This document shows, in pieces, positions 21,984 through 32,793 of a DNA stretch of 64,000 nt (positions are counted from its first letter, which is position 1; every line of letters begins with the position of its first letter). The notes beneath the pieces are model-generated. The model was not told where the DNA came from, ran no database searches, and saw nothing but the letters and a program-made list of their open reading frames with translations. Source of the stretch: Microcoleus sp. (lineage in GTDB: Bacteria > Cyanobacteriota > Cyanobacteriia > Cyanobacteriales > Microcoleaceae); assembly GCA_042408215.1 (NCBI GenBank), contig JAYFMW010000020.1:96001-160000 (forward strand), written 5' to 3'. The translations under genes and the position numbers were made by a program.

Positions 21984-22245
21984 TGTACGGGCGGGTTCAC
22001 CAGTAATATCATGTCCGGTGAATTGACCATAATTCCTGTAGGGGCGGGTTTCACCAACAATCTCGGCCTAATACCCATAATATAGTAGACTTCGACACTT
22101 CGACTACGCGAGCGTGCAACGCTACGCTCAGTAACCCGCCCCCACCCAACGGTCAATCACAATCTACCTCTTTCTAGATACAAGGGGCGGGTTTCATCAA
22201 AAATATTTGAAGCTAGCCCAGGGATAAATAAACCCGCCCCGCCTT
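21984..22245. repeat. Cluster of REP-like GTAGGGGCGGGTTTCAC / AAACCCGCCCC repeats
   Basis: Three forward and two reverse copies read directly, with the 21-nt dispersed repeat nested inside. Confidence 0.75.
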
Positions 22246-22257
22246 TTCTTGATTTCC

Positions 22258-22458
22258 TTAAATCAGCCGGAAATTAGCAGATATTATCAAATTTGCACTC
22301 ACTCCAACCATAACACATAACTGCTCCCATGTCAAGAGGTTTTTGATAATTGTTCCCTGAGTATTTTGAGTTATTTCTAACTGGCTAAAGCTCAAACCTC
22401 CGGTTAGTGCGATCAAATCTTGACCGATCGCAAAATCAGCGATAACATCAAATCCTTT
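22258..22458 (-). pseudogene. Orphan C-terminus of an RTX/hemolysin-type calcium-binding protein
   Basis: GFDVIADFAIGQDLIALTGGLSFSQLEI...SANF resembles the T1SS-type C-terminal domain. Its 5' side is cut by a TIR element. Confidence 0.7.
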
Positions 22459-22625
22459 ATACCAGTTTTTTATGAGGCCCCGTAGAATCTGATCCCCCCT
22501 AACCCCCCTTAATAAGGGGGGAACAAGATTCTGCTCTTTCGTCACCCCCTACTCACACCCTACTCCCTTATTAAGGGGGATGCGAGGGGGATCGAGATAT
22601 ATGCAACGACCCATTAAATTGGTAT
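22459..22625. mobile_element. Short TIR element, family B, copy 1 (ATACCAGTTT...AAATTGGTAT)
   Basis: Imperfect 10-bp terminal inverted repeat with internal C/G-rich hairpins. Near-identical copy at 35737-35902. Confidence 0.65.
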
Positions 22626-22652
22626 TAGCGTATAGTGTCTTCCCCAGCAATC

Positions 22653-25600
22653 TTACAAGAAAGAGCTACTATTAAGAGCAGTTTGATTCACATTATAAAC
22701 CACTCCCAAGTAGTCATTCCCCGATTTAATCGCCGTTGAAGCTACAGCCGTCGCACCATCTAAGATGATATTAACTGACTCAAAAGTTAGTTGACTGAAA
22801 GTGGCACCAATCAACTTGATTTGATCGTCGGAAGTGAAGTCAGTAATCACATCAGCTCGATCGGGATTATTGGCGATATATTCTAAGACAAAGTTATCAT
22901 TCCCTGCGCCACCTGTGAGCAGATCGAAACCTCGATCGCCATTCAGGATATCATTGCCCGCGCCACCTAATAAGACATCATCTTGCTTACCACCGCGCAG
23001 GGTATCATTACCATCGCCACCAGTGAGACTATCATTGTCATTATTTCCAGTTAAAAAGTCGTTATCAATACCGCCATCGATCGAGTCGGAACCTTTGCCG
23101 CCAAATAGTTGATCGTCGCCACCTAAGCCTACCAAATAATCTTCTCCTTGATTACCAAAATAGGTATTTGGTAATTCTGAACCTGTTAAGGAGTCGTTAC
23201 CAGAAAGAGCAAATATGGTTAAACCTAATGCTTCTGGTGGGATGCTGGTATCTATGCTATCTGTTAGTAAGTAAACATCACCTAATAGGGTATTTTCTGG
23301 TAAACCCGATGGAATGTTACTTGATACCGATGGTTTTGGTATAGCGATCGCTATTTTTACATCTGTTGGCGTTGGCGTTGGCGTTGGCGTTGGCGTTGGC
23401 GTTGGCGTTGGTGTCGGTATTACCAATGGAATTGGTATCGGCTTCGGTGTTACAGATGTTGGTGTTACAGGCGTTGGTGTTACAGGTGTTGGTGTTACAG
23501 GTGTTGGTGTTACAGGTGTTGGTGTTACAGGTGTTGGTGTTACAGGTGTTGGTGTTACAGGTGTTGGTGTCAGTATGACTGGGGTATTAGCAGCAGTCAA
23601 AATTTGTCGATCTAACGCAGTACCTGTGTTTTCTGCAACTAGAGAATCAAGGGTTTTTTGACCGGCACCAAAGGCCTTAAAGTCTTGAGTTGTTTCACCT
23701 AAAGCAACTTTTTGAATTACTGCTACTTGTTTTTGCAGTTGTGTAGGATCGGTATTAGTAGCGATCGCCTCTACAATACGTTGATTAGATGCTGCTATTA
23801 CCTGCGCTATGGCGGGTGCGGCCACTAATACCTCTTGGGTGTTAAAATTAGGATCGATCGCCTTCACCCGATCTGCTACCTTTTCCACTAAGGCCGCTAC
23901 TTGTTCAGATTTGGTTAAATCTAATGATACTCCGGTTTGGATGACATCTGCGATCGCACTCACTATTTGCTTAACAGCATCACCCACAGAAATATTACTT
24001 GCGCCTTCAATTAATCCCGCAGTTTGAGCGATCAAGTTTTGGGTTTCAGTCATCGCGCTTAATACCGATTTACCACCGGGTTGTTCGCCTTTAGTCGCCG
24101 CGATCGGATCGACATAATTAATCGCGATATCGCTAGGAATACCAAAAGTGCTAGTGACTTTGCTATTAGCTTCATCAACAGTTAAACCGCGATCGACCAT
24201 TTCCGCCAAGATAGTAGTCAGTAAAGTAATTACTTGTCCATCTGGTGTCGCTTTTAGCGGAGTTTCTAGGGGTAAACCCGTACCGATATCGACCCCGCCA
24301 AAAGCGACTAAATTACCTTCACTGGGATCGAGTTTGCCATTACTATTAGTGTCAAAAGTGCTAAAATCAACATCAAAAGCAAATGCGCCTTTACTGTCAG
24401 TTATCCCTTTGGGTTCGTTCGGATCGATGATGCCATTTTTGTTAGCATCAAAGAAGACATTAGCACCGGCAATATAGTCGTCAATCACGAAACCCGTGCA
24501 GTTCCAGCCTACAAGATTCAATAACTCACTGACACTCTTGCCATTATTATCAGTACCTTTCACTTCTACCCATTGGGGTAAAGATAAATTACTTCCTGGT
24601 ACTTGACTGAGAGTGCGAGTAATGGGGTCAAATTTTAGGGAAGCATTAGGTCCGTCAAATATTTCTGGAATAGTAGTTACGGAAGCATTGTCTGTTTTCC
24701 GCTTGTATTGACCCCCATTTCCGCCTTGCGTCCAGATATAATCTTGTCCATAGTCAACAGAATTATTGTCTAGGGCGGTGACTGTATAGGTAATAGTATC
24801 GCCTGGATTTGGATCGATAAATGTGTCAGGCGCAAACTTAAAAGCGGTATTGCTAGAAAATCCACTAGCAGCACTTTGAGTCCATACTGGGTTATAGACG
24901 ATCGGCGCTTGATTGTTAAGAGTTGGTGTAGGCGTTGGAGTTGGAGTTGTTGGTGTTGGCTCTACAGGCGTTGGCGTTGGCGTTACGGGTGTTGGTGTTG
25001 GCGTTACGGGTGTTGGTGTTGGAGTTACGGGTGTTGGCGTTGGCGTTACGGGTGTTGGCGTTGGCGTTGGTGTTGGAGTTACGGGCGTTGGCGTGGGTGC
25101 AGGAATATTAACCACAATATTCCCTAAACTGCCAGCGGCCACAAAATTCCCTAATGTATTCTTAACTTCAGTACCTTGTAAATCTACTGTGTAAGTCCCA
25201 TTATCCGTATTATCCCAAGTTCCACCAGGCGGCGTAAATGAATAAGTTACAAGACGCGGTGTACCATTACTATTATCAACACTGACTTTTGTGACGGGAA
25301 TATTGCCATTAATTTTGATATCGCGATCGTCAATGGTAGTAACATCAATTCCCGTATTATCAGTATAATTTACGAACAATTGTTGAACTGTGTCGCCTGC
25401 TGTAGTAATATTACCAACTTGCGTTAAACCAGCAGTTGGTAACGTAACATCATAAGTCCGTGTGAGTTGAGTCGCCGCGGTATTATTATTACCCGCAGTA
25501 TCAGTTGCTTTAGCCGCCGGAATATCAACTGTGACATTACCATTCGCAGTGGGAGTCACATCAAAAGTGTAGGTTTTCGCATCAACTGTGACCAAGTTAC

Positions 25601-28040
25601 CGACAGCAGCATTGGCTACGGTGATATCAGTATTATCAAAGCCGATGACATTTTCATTAAAGGTAGCAGTGACGCTAAATAAACCGTTAACTGTTGCTGC
25701 TGAAGTGGATGTTAAAGTAACAGTTGGTGCAACGGTATCAATAACTATGGCTTTGCTACCGCCGAGGGAGTTAGCTGAGGCTAAGGCGGGAAGAGTTAAA
25801 ACAGCATCCACAGCCAAATTATCTTGAATTGTGCCGCCGTTAAGGGTGAGGGCAGTTGTGGTGAGGTATTCTAAGTCAGCAGATGTGTCTCCTGCTTGCA
25901 CTACATAGTTGAAAGTGAGTGCAGTACCGCCACTACCACTGGTATATGTGGCAAATTTGTCAGTTGTGCCTGTTTCTAATTGCAGTTGGGGTGTGCCACC
26001 TGTGGTATCTACGGTGACAGCAGCATCAAAGGTGACGGTGATGGCGATGGTGGAACCTACACCGTAGCTGCCGTCAGGGGTGGTGGCGGTGACAGCAGTA
26101 ACTTTGGGGATAGTACCATTGAGGAGGATGGAGGCTGTACTGTCGCTCATATTTGCCACAGCTAAGTCGGGTTTCCCGTCGCCGTTGATGTCCCCGATGC
26201 TGACGGATTGGGGCTGAGTGCCAGTTGTGAAGTCAACTTTGGGGGCGAAAGTGGGGGTAGCGGCGTTGGTGGCGGTGGTGTTCAGCAGGATGGAAGCGCT
26301 GTTGCTGCCTGCGTTCACCACAGCTAAGTCAGGTTTCCCGTCGCCGTTGATGTCCCCGATGCTGACGAATTTGGGGCTACTGCCAGTAGTGAAGTCTATA
26401 TTGGTGGCGAAAGTGGGGGTGGTGGCTCCGGTGGCGGTGGTGTTCAGCAGAATGGAAGCGCTATTTCTGATGGGGCTCGCCACAGCTAAGTCAGGTTTGC
26501 CGTCGCCGTTGATGTCCCCAATGCTGACGGAGTTGGGGATATCGCCAGTATTGAAGTCAACTTTGGGGGCGAAAGTGGGGGTGGCGGCTTGGTGGCGGTG
26601 GTGTTGAGCAGGATGGAGGCGCTGTTGCTGACGAGTTCGCCACAGCTAAGTCAGGTTTGCCGTCGCCGTTGATGTCCCCGATGCTGACGGATTGGGGGCT
26701 AGTGCCAGTTGTGAAGTCAACTTTGGTGGCGAAAGTGGGGGTGGTGGCTCCGGTGGCGGTGGTGTTCAGCAGAATGGAGGCGCTGTTGCTGCCGATGTTC
26801 GCCACAGCTAAGTCAGGTTTGCCGTCGCCGTTGATGTCCCCAATGCTGACGGAGTTGGGGATATCGCCAGTAGTGAAGTCAACTTTGGTGGCGAAAGTGG
26901 GGGTGGTGGCATTGGTGGCGGTGGTGTTCAGCAGGATGGAAGCGCTGATGCTGACGTTCGCCACAGCTAAGTCAGGTTTGCCGTCGCCGTTGATGTCCCC
27001 GATGCTGACGGAGTTGGGGCTAATGCCAGTAGGGAAGTCAACTTTGGTGGCGAAAGTGGGGGTGGTGGCGTTGGATGCGGTGGTGTTCAGCAGGATGGAG
27101 GCGGTGTCGCTGCTGCTGTTTGCCACAGCTAAGTCAGGTTTTCCGTCGCCGTTGAAGTCGCCGATACTGACGAAGTTGGGGGTAAGGCCAGTAGGGAAGT
27201 CAACCTTGGTGGCGAAAGTGGGAGTGGTGGCTCCGGTGGCTGTGGTGTTCAGCAGGATGGAGGCGCTGGTGCTGCCCTGGTTCGCCACTGCTAAGTCCGG
27301 TTTTCCGTCGCCGTTGATGTCGCCGATGCTGACGGAGTAGGGGTTACTGCCAGTTGCGAAGTCAACTTTGGGGGCGAAAGTGGGGGTGGTGGCGACCGTG
27401 GCGGTAGTGTTGAGCAGGATGGAGGCGGTGCTGCCGTAGTTCGCCACAGCTAAGTCCGGTTTGCCGTCGCCGTTGATGTCCCCGATGCTGACGGATTGGG
27501 GGTAGTGCCAGTTGTGAAGTCAACTTTAGGGGCGAAGCCTAGTACGCCACTGTAGGTTTTGAGGGCCTTGGCGTTAAATGGTACTGTTGCTTCTATCGGA
27601 CCTGTTTTTACTTCTAAGTTCCAGTCTCCTCCTAATTCAGCGCTGCCGGTGAGGTTAGCTGAGGCGGCGATGTCTGCACCAGTGATTTCACTTAGTCGCT
27701 TGAGGAAGTTTTGGCCGGTTTCTCCTGCGGCTACTTCGCATCCATATAATAGGATGTCGGCGTTTTGGGTGAGGGCTTTTCCCCACTGTTTTAGCTTGGT
27801 GTTAAAATTTTCTAGGTTATTACTATTGAGTGCTTCTGTGCCGAGTGTTACACTGCCTGGGCTGCCGTGAGAAAGGATATGAATTGCTTTAATATCTTTT
27901 TGATTAGCCAAGGCGTTAGTAATTTGTTCGATCGCGCTCAAATTTTCATTTAAAATGAAAATTTGAGCGCGATCGGCGTTATAAATTAGACTTTGATAGT
28001 CCTGTACAGAGGAGTCTACGAAAATTATTTGCTTTTTCAC
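22653..28040 (-). CDS. Large secreted DUF4347 / FG-GAP(VCBS) x9 / Ig-like / Pro-Thr linker / RTX protein (~1796 aa), broken by three 1-nt deletions
   Basis: Three ORF-track pieces join once single missing bases are restored at about 27500 (G5), 26633 and 26588, judged against sister repeats. HILSHGSPG and DILLYGC (DUF4347), GDINGDGKPD x9, GGxGxD nonapeptides. Confidence 0.9.
23365..23570 (-). repeat. Coding (VTPTP)n and (TP)n repeats; a second tract lies at ~24920-25100
   Basis: 15-bp GGTGTTACAGGTGTT and 6-bp GTTGGC arrays. Confidence 0.9.
26120..27540 (-). repeat. Nine ~160-bp FG-GAP/VCBS coding repeats
   Basis: GD(I/F)NGDGKPDLAVA recurs every ~53-54 codons. Confidence 0.9.
27929..27975. 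repeat. Perfect 23+1+23 bp palindrome centred on codon 30 (TTA)
   Basis: CGATCGCGCTCAAATTTTCATTT-A-AAATGAAAATTTGAGCGCGATCG. Confidence 0.95.
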
Positions 28041-28095
28041 GGTATATCACCTGGTAGTTTTGGTTGAGTCTTGGATATGAATACCCGTCAAAAAT

Positions 28096-28425
28096 CTATG
28101 CTTCTTTTGATTTCGCTACGATCGCACTAGGGCGGCTATTTGTTGGCTATATCCCAAAAAAACGGCGCTCAAATCGAAGATGATTTCTTTGTCAACTTGC
28201 GGGTGGTAATAGGCAGAAAATATACTCAGAATTAGCGATCGTTTTTGTGCAGGGGAAATAAACACGGAACACTCATTGTCTTCGCTCATAGCTGACAATA
28301 TTCCATCGACTTGCGCCCCGCACTGGGAGCGTCATAGCCGCGTGAAAACGGGGGTTTTGGCGCAATAAAGCGGCCAGTAAAGTAGAGCCTGAGCGTGGTA
28401 GTCCTGAGATGAAGTGGGCTTTCAC
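28096..28425 (-). pseudogene. Internally deleted, frameshifted sulfotransferase (paralog of 44919-45740)
   Basis: Same start (VKAHFISGLPRSGSTLLAALL) and same 3' end as the intact copy, but about 0.5 kb is missing after DKEIIFD and the frame breaks near 28300. Confidence 0.9.
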
Positions 28426-28572
28426 TGGCCTCGCGTTACAATGCGTTTGTATAAATTGTATGCGATTTAAATGTATCATACTAAGGGCAGATTTTTTGAG
28501 ATTATATGTTTATTTAATATTTCTTAACACAACCTCAAGGTTTACGATATCTTTATAATCTAGACATGGTGA

Positions 28573-28601
28573 GTAGGGACACGGCACTGCCGTGTCCCTA
28601 C
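28573..28601. repeat. REP-like palindrome GTAGGGACACGGCANTGCCGTGTCCCTAC
   Basis: Further copies at 29071-29099, 45888-45916 and 51432-51487 (compound). Partial copies at about 20895, 44795, 44872 and 51040. Confidence 0.9.
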
Positions 28602-28745
28602 TTGCGATTTCTAGATTGTGTAACACAGTTTTGGATGCACTGCGACTAAAGAAACCGGGTTTTTCATCGAATCTACGGGCTGCAACGAAGTCTTTTCGTA
28701 AAAAACCCGGTTTCTGGACCCCCATCCTAGGGACACGGCAGTGCC

Positions 28746-28982
28746 CATTAGTGTCAACTCCTGAGACCCTTGAGAAATCTGGGTTTTACGCCAAGTCTAG
28801 ATCCCCCTAAATCCCCCTTAAGAAGGGGGACTTTGAGAAGACTCCTGTCCCACACCCCCTACTCCCCTACTCCCCTTCTTAAGGGGAGTAGGGGTTGAGT
28901 AGGGGGCAAGAAGACGGGGGATCTGGCCTGAATAGTCAAACAGCAGTCTCTGACTGGGTTTAACGTTAAGTTGACACCAATG
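28746..28982 (-). mobile_element. MITE-like element, family A, copy 2, with 9-bp target duplication GGCAGTGCC inside a REP
   Basis: CATTAGTGTCAAC...GTTGACACCAATG flanked by GGCAGTGCC at 28737-28745 and 28983-28991. Confidence 0.88.
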
Positions 28983-29159
28983 GGCAGTGCCGTTTCCCTA
29001 CTTGGGAATTTTTACCGCAGATGATAGCGGATGTACGCGGATTAACGCGGATGAAATACAGCAGACGGCTGTAGGGACACGGCATTGCCGTGTCCCTACT
29101 TGGGAATTTTTACCGCAGATATCGGCGGATGTACGCAGATGTACGCAGATGAAGAGATG

Positions 29160-29978
29160 TTATTTGATGAGTTCTTCTAGGGATGGAAAAAGCAATTTTT
29201 CGGCGCTCACTTTTTGGCAGTCGCAAGGTTGTTGAGTTGCGGATATTTCTGATACTTTTCCTAGCAGCAATTGGATGCTTTCTATTAGCAATGGTAGGGT
29301 TAATAAAATTATTGATGCTGATACTAGCAAGCTAATTAAGCCGTCAGCCCAATTCCAGTGCAGCCACGCTACGGCGATCGCAGCTAAAATTACTCCAACT
29401 GACGAAAATATGTCGGCAACTGCGTGCAGAAAGGCGCTTTTGAGATTTAAGTCGCCGTGACAGCAGGAATGCAAGCAAAAAGCATTGATTGAGTTGATGC
29501 TTAAACCAGCAATTGCGGTAATTAACATCGGGAACCCTTCTACTTCGGGGGTTGGGGATTGCAAACGGGCGATCGACTCGGCGGCTATCCAAAGGGCGAT
29601 CGCTACTAAACTGATACTATTAACTAAAGCGGCAATGATTTCTGGGCGGGCGGGAATTGGCGATTGTGCGATCGCACAATCTACGGGTTTACTTCTTTTT
29701 CGTGATGAGTACCAAGTGGCTGTCAAAGTTATTGCTAAAGCTGCTACATCTGAAAAAACGTGACCCGCATCTGCTAAGAGGGACAAACTATGAGAAGTCA
29801 TTGCAGCGATTAACTCTGCTACAAAAAAGCTGCTAAGCAGTACCAAAGCTGTTTGTAAAAGTCGCACTTTGGGAATTCTGGGATTGGGATTCTCGCATTG
29901 TACGCGCGGCGAAGCTATCCCGTAGGGAATCGCCTTGGCGTTTTCAGAGTTGAAATTGTCCCTAACTGGAAATGTCAT
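29160..29978 (-). CDS. Cation diffusion facilitator (CzcD/ZitB-like), lacking the usual C-terminal cytosolic domain
   Basis: SLSLLADAGHVFSD and NLKSAFLHAVAD metal-site motifs. Start uncertain (29978 or 30011). Confidence 0.9.
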   Translation of the reverse strand: MTFPVRDNFNSENAKAIPYGIASPRVQCENPNPRIPKVRLLQTALVLLSSFFVAELIAAMTSHSLSLLADAGHVFSDVAALAITLTATWYSSRKRSKPVDCAIAQSPIPARPEIIAALVNSISLVAIALWIAAESIARLQSPTPEVEGFPMLITAIAGLSINSINAFCLHSCCHGDLNLKSAFLHAVADIFSSVGVILAAIAVAWLHWNWADGLISLLVSASIILLTLPLLIESIQLLLGKVSEISATQQPCDCQKVSAEKLLFPSLEELIK

Positions 29979-30033
29979 GCAGCAGTCCTTAAGGTTAAAC
30001 TCGATTTTCAATTAAACATTAAATCAACTATCA

Positions 30034-30711
30034 ATGACCGATTATATACCAACTCCGAATCAGGAACCGCAAAAGCCGATCGCCAATTCCCCAAATCCTG
30101 AAATCAATTATCATCCCATTGGCGACAACCAGGCAAATACTTTAACAGGGGAATCTTTGGTTGATTTGCGCCGGTACGATCGATCAAAGTTCGATCGGGG
30201 AAGGCCTGGTTGGCTAATTTTGCTTTGGTGGTTGGTACAGGCGATCGCATTTCCTCTCACTCCACACCCTGTTAACGGCATCAGAAGGTGGCTGTTGCGC
30301 CTATTTGGAGCAAAAATAGGTTTTGGTGTGATTATTCGCCCTACGGCTCGTTTTACCTATCCTTGGAAAATTGAAATCGGCGATTATAGTTGGATCGGAG
30401 ATGATGTGGTTTTGTACAGTCTCGATCGAATTGCGATCGGCAAAAACTGTGTAATTTCTCAAAAAAGTTATCTCTGCACCGGCACTCACGATCCTCAAGA
30501 CTCAGCCTTTGGCTTAATCACAGCATCTGTTACTATTAATAATGGGGTTTGGATTGCGGCCGATTGTTTCATTGGCCCTGGTGTCGAAATCGGTGCTAAC
30601 GCTTTAATTGGAGCTCGTAGCAGCGTCTTTAAAAATATGCCAGCTAGCTTTGTTTGCATGGGAAATCCCTGTCGTGCGCGCTATCCCAGAGAAATCCATA
30701 AAAGTTTGTAG
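30034..30711 (+). CDS. hpsU: WcaF/HpsU-like polysaccharide acetyltransferase (hexapeptide repeat)
   Basis: DRGRPGWLILLWWLVQ, FTYPWKIEIGDYSWIGD and SQKSYLCTGTHD. The symbol is from family recollection. Confidence 0.8.
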   Translation: MTDYIPTPNQEPQKPIANSPNPEINYHPIGDNQANTLTGESLVDLRRYDRSKFDRGRPGWLILLWWLVQAIAFPLTPHPVNGIRRWLLRLFGAKIGFGVIIRPTARFTYPWKIEIGDYSWIGDDVVLYSLDRIAIGKNCVISQKSYLCTGTHDPQDSAFGLITASVTINNGVWIAADCFIGPGVEIGANALIGARSSVFKNMPASFVCMGNPCRARYPREIHKSL

Positions 30712-30795
30712 TACAGAATAACCAGAACTTTTTTAACCTAATAAATGTCGCGCAAGTATGCTATAATTAACTTATAAAAAATTAGCTTAATTTCT

Positions 30796-31957
30796 ATGAC
30801 GCGATTTATTCACGATCGCTTTGCCAAAGAATTTCTGGAAGAACTACTGTCCCCGATCGGCCAGGTTAATATCGGTCGCGATGTGACTTCCGAAGTCCGA
30901 GAAATTGATGTTTACTTCACTCCAAGCACCGCAATTCCCTCCTACTCAGCCAGCCTGGGATTGTTGGGAAAAATGGCAAGCACAACTGCAATTTTTGAAC
31001 CGTTTCGCAATCCGGCTAACGTCAGCGAAATTTGTAGCTGTCTGGGTAAGTTATTGGATGTGCGAGGTGAATTGGAGCGACAATCTAGAAGAGAAAATAC
31101 TCGCTATGATGACGCTCAGTTCCCCAGACTGTGGATTTTGATGCCCACAGCATCGAAAGCATTGGTAGATAGCTTTAATGCGATACCAGATACCCAGAAT
31201 TGGATGCAGGGAATTTATTTTTTGGGGGAATCTTTGCGAACTGCGATCGTCGCGATTCACCAATTGCCAGAAACTCCAGAAACCCTGTGGTTGAGGATTT
31301 TGGGCAAAGGGGGCGTGCAGCAAAGGGCGATCGCCCAATTGAGCGCTTTAGCAACGGATGATCCGTTGCGGATAATTGCGCTAGAATTGTTGTATCGCCT
31401 ACAGTCACATTTAGTAGCCGATACCCCACAGGAAATTGAGCCAGAAGAGCGGGAGTTAATTATGGCGATCGCACCACTTTTTCAACAACAAATACAAGCT
31501 GCACAGCAACAAGCTAGAGAAGAAGGACTAGAACAAGGGCTAGAACGAGGACTAGAACGAGGACTAGAACAAGGACTAGAACAGGGACTAGAACGAGGTA
31601 GACAAGAACAACAGCGCTTAATTTTAGAAAATTTTCTGCGAGTTCGCTTTGGAGAATTAACCCCAAAAATGACAGTTTTTCTTGGCTCGAATATCCAAGT
31701 TGCTTGCGGCGGAATTTACCGTTTTGTTGCTGGCAATATCCATGCTAAATGTCGATGAAGCTGGGCGGGAACAAGCGGTGAAGTTGTTAGCTGAAAGTGT
31801 CTGGAAAATGTCCGTTACTAACTTGGAGGATCTTCGGCCGCTGGCCATGACTAATTTATTGGCATTGCCTGTGGCAGAATTGACTTTGTTTGTGGAACAA
31901 CTGCCGCACTTATCGGATGCTGAATTGAGGGAAAGGTTAGGGAAAATCCCTGAATAA
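30796..31957 (+). CDS. Cyanobacterial PD-(D/E)XK/Rpn-like hypothetical protein with (GLEQ/GLER)n, one +1 frameshift
   Basis: HDRFAKEFL, EIDVYF, FEPFRN and TLWLRILG. An extra T in the T-run at 31676-31680 joins the two ORFs. Confidence 0.75.
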
Positions 31958-31993
31958 AAGCTGTTTGATTAGCTAATAAAAAACAGAAAACTC

Positions 31994-32026
31994 AGATACC
32001 CGACTTTTTGAATAAGTCGGGTATCT
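31994..32026. terminator. Hairpin between convergent genes
   Basis: AGATACCCGACTT-TTTGAAT-AAGTCGGGTATCT. Confidence 0.65.
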
Positions 32027-32050
32027 AGGGGAGTTCACAGAAAACCGAAG

Positions 32051-32677
32051 TTAGCGAATTCGATAGGAATTTGACTCCGAAGGCAAAATCAAGTGCATCA
32101 AGCCCTCGATCAGTCGATCGCGCTCCATTGGTATAATTTCTTGGCCGTGCATCATATCCTGCGTTAACTGGAAATATACCAAAGATCCAATAAAAATTCG
32201 CGCCGTTGCTTCTGGATCGGCTAATTGCAACTCCGGGCAAGATGCCAAATATTGAGTGAGTCGCTCAATCCCTGGTTTAGCTAAGTTTTTGACAAATATC
32301 TGGGCTAGCTGAGGAAAACGCCCTGATTCAGCAATCACTAACCTCACGAAGGTGAGAAAATGAGGTTCGTGACTCGCCTGATCCATTATAGTCGTGGCAA
32401 TGAATCGCAGCGCGATCGCCGGTTCGGTTTCTGGCACCGGAAAATACACTAATTTTTCTGCCGCTAGCCGTTGAATCAAAGCCACAAACAATCCCTCTTT
32501 ATCTTGAAAATAGCTGTAAACCGTAGCTTTGGAAACTCCCCCCGTCTTCGCTACCTTGTCCATACTCGTGCCCGCATAGCCGTGGGTTAAAAATTCTTGC
32601 ATCGCACCTTGGAGAATTTGCTCGCTCTTGTCACATCCTGTGGCTGCGTCTGGTTCCATCGGTTTTGTCCTTGTCAT
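32051..32677 (-). CDS. TetR/AcrR family transcriptional regulator
   Basis: FLTHGYAGTSMDKVAKTGGVSKATVYSYFQDKEGLF HTH. Confidence 0.96.
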   Translation of the reverse strand: MTRTKPMEPDAATGCDKSEQILQGAMQEFLTHGYAGTSMDKVAKTGGVSKATVYSYFQDKEGLFVALIQRLAAEKLVYFPVPETEPAIALRFIATTIMDQASHEPHFLTFVRLVIAESGRFPQLAQIFVKNLAKPGIERLTQYLASCPELQLADPEATARIFIGSLVYFQLTQDMMHGQEIIPMERDRLIEGLMHLILPSESNSYRIR

Positions 32678-32707
32678 TGCTTGTTTCTGTAATTTTTGCT
32701 TGGGGTC

Positions 32708-32764
32708 TTGACATTATTATACTAAACGGTTTAGTTTAAATATATCAGAACTAAACCGTTTAGT
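32708..32764. promoter_or_regulatory. Divergent promoter with two palindromic TetR-type operator candidates
   Basis: ACTAAACGGTTTAGT (32721-32735) and ACTAAACCGTTTAGT (32750-32764). TTGACA at 32708. Confidence 0.8.
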
Positions 32765-32793
32765 TTTTAGTCCTCAAATCAGAGGTGCTCGTT

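Noticed and set aside
26218..27340. Long plus-strand ORFs of 129 and 227 aa
   Set aside because: Antisense to the FG-GAP repeats.
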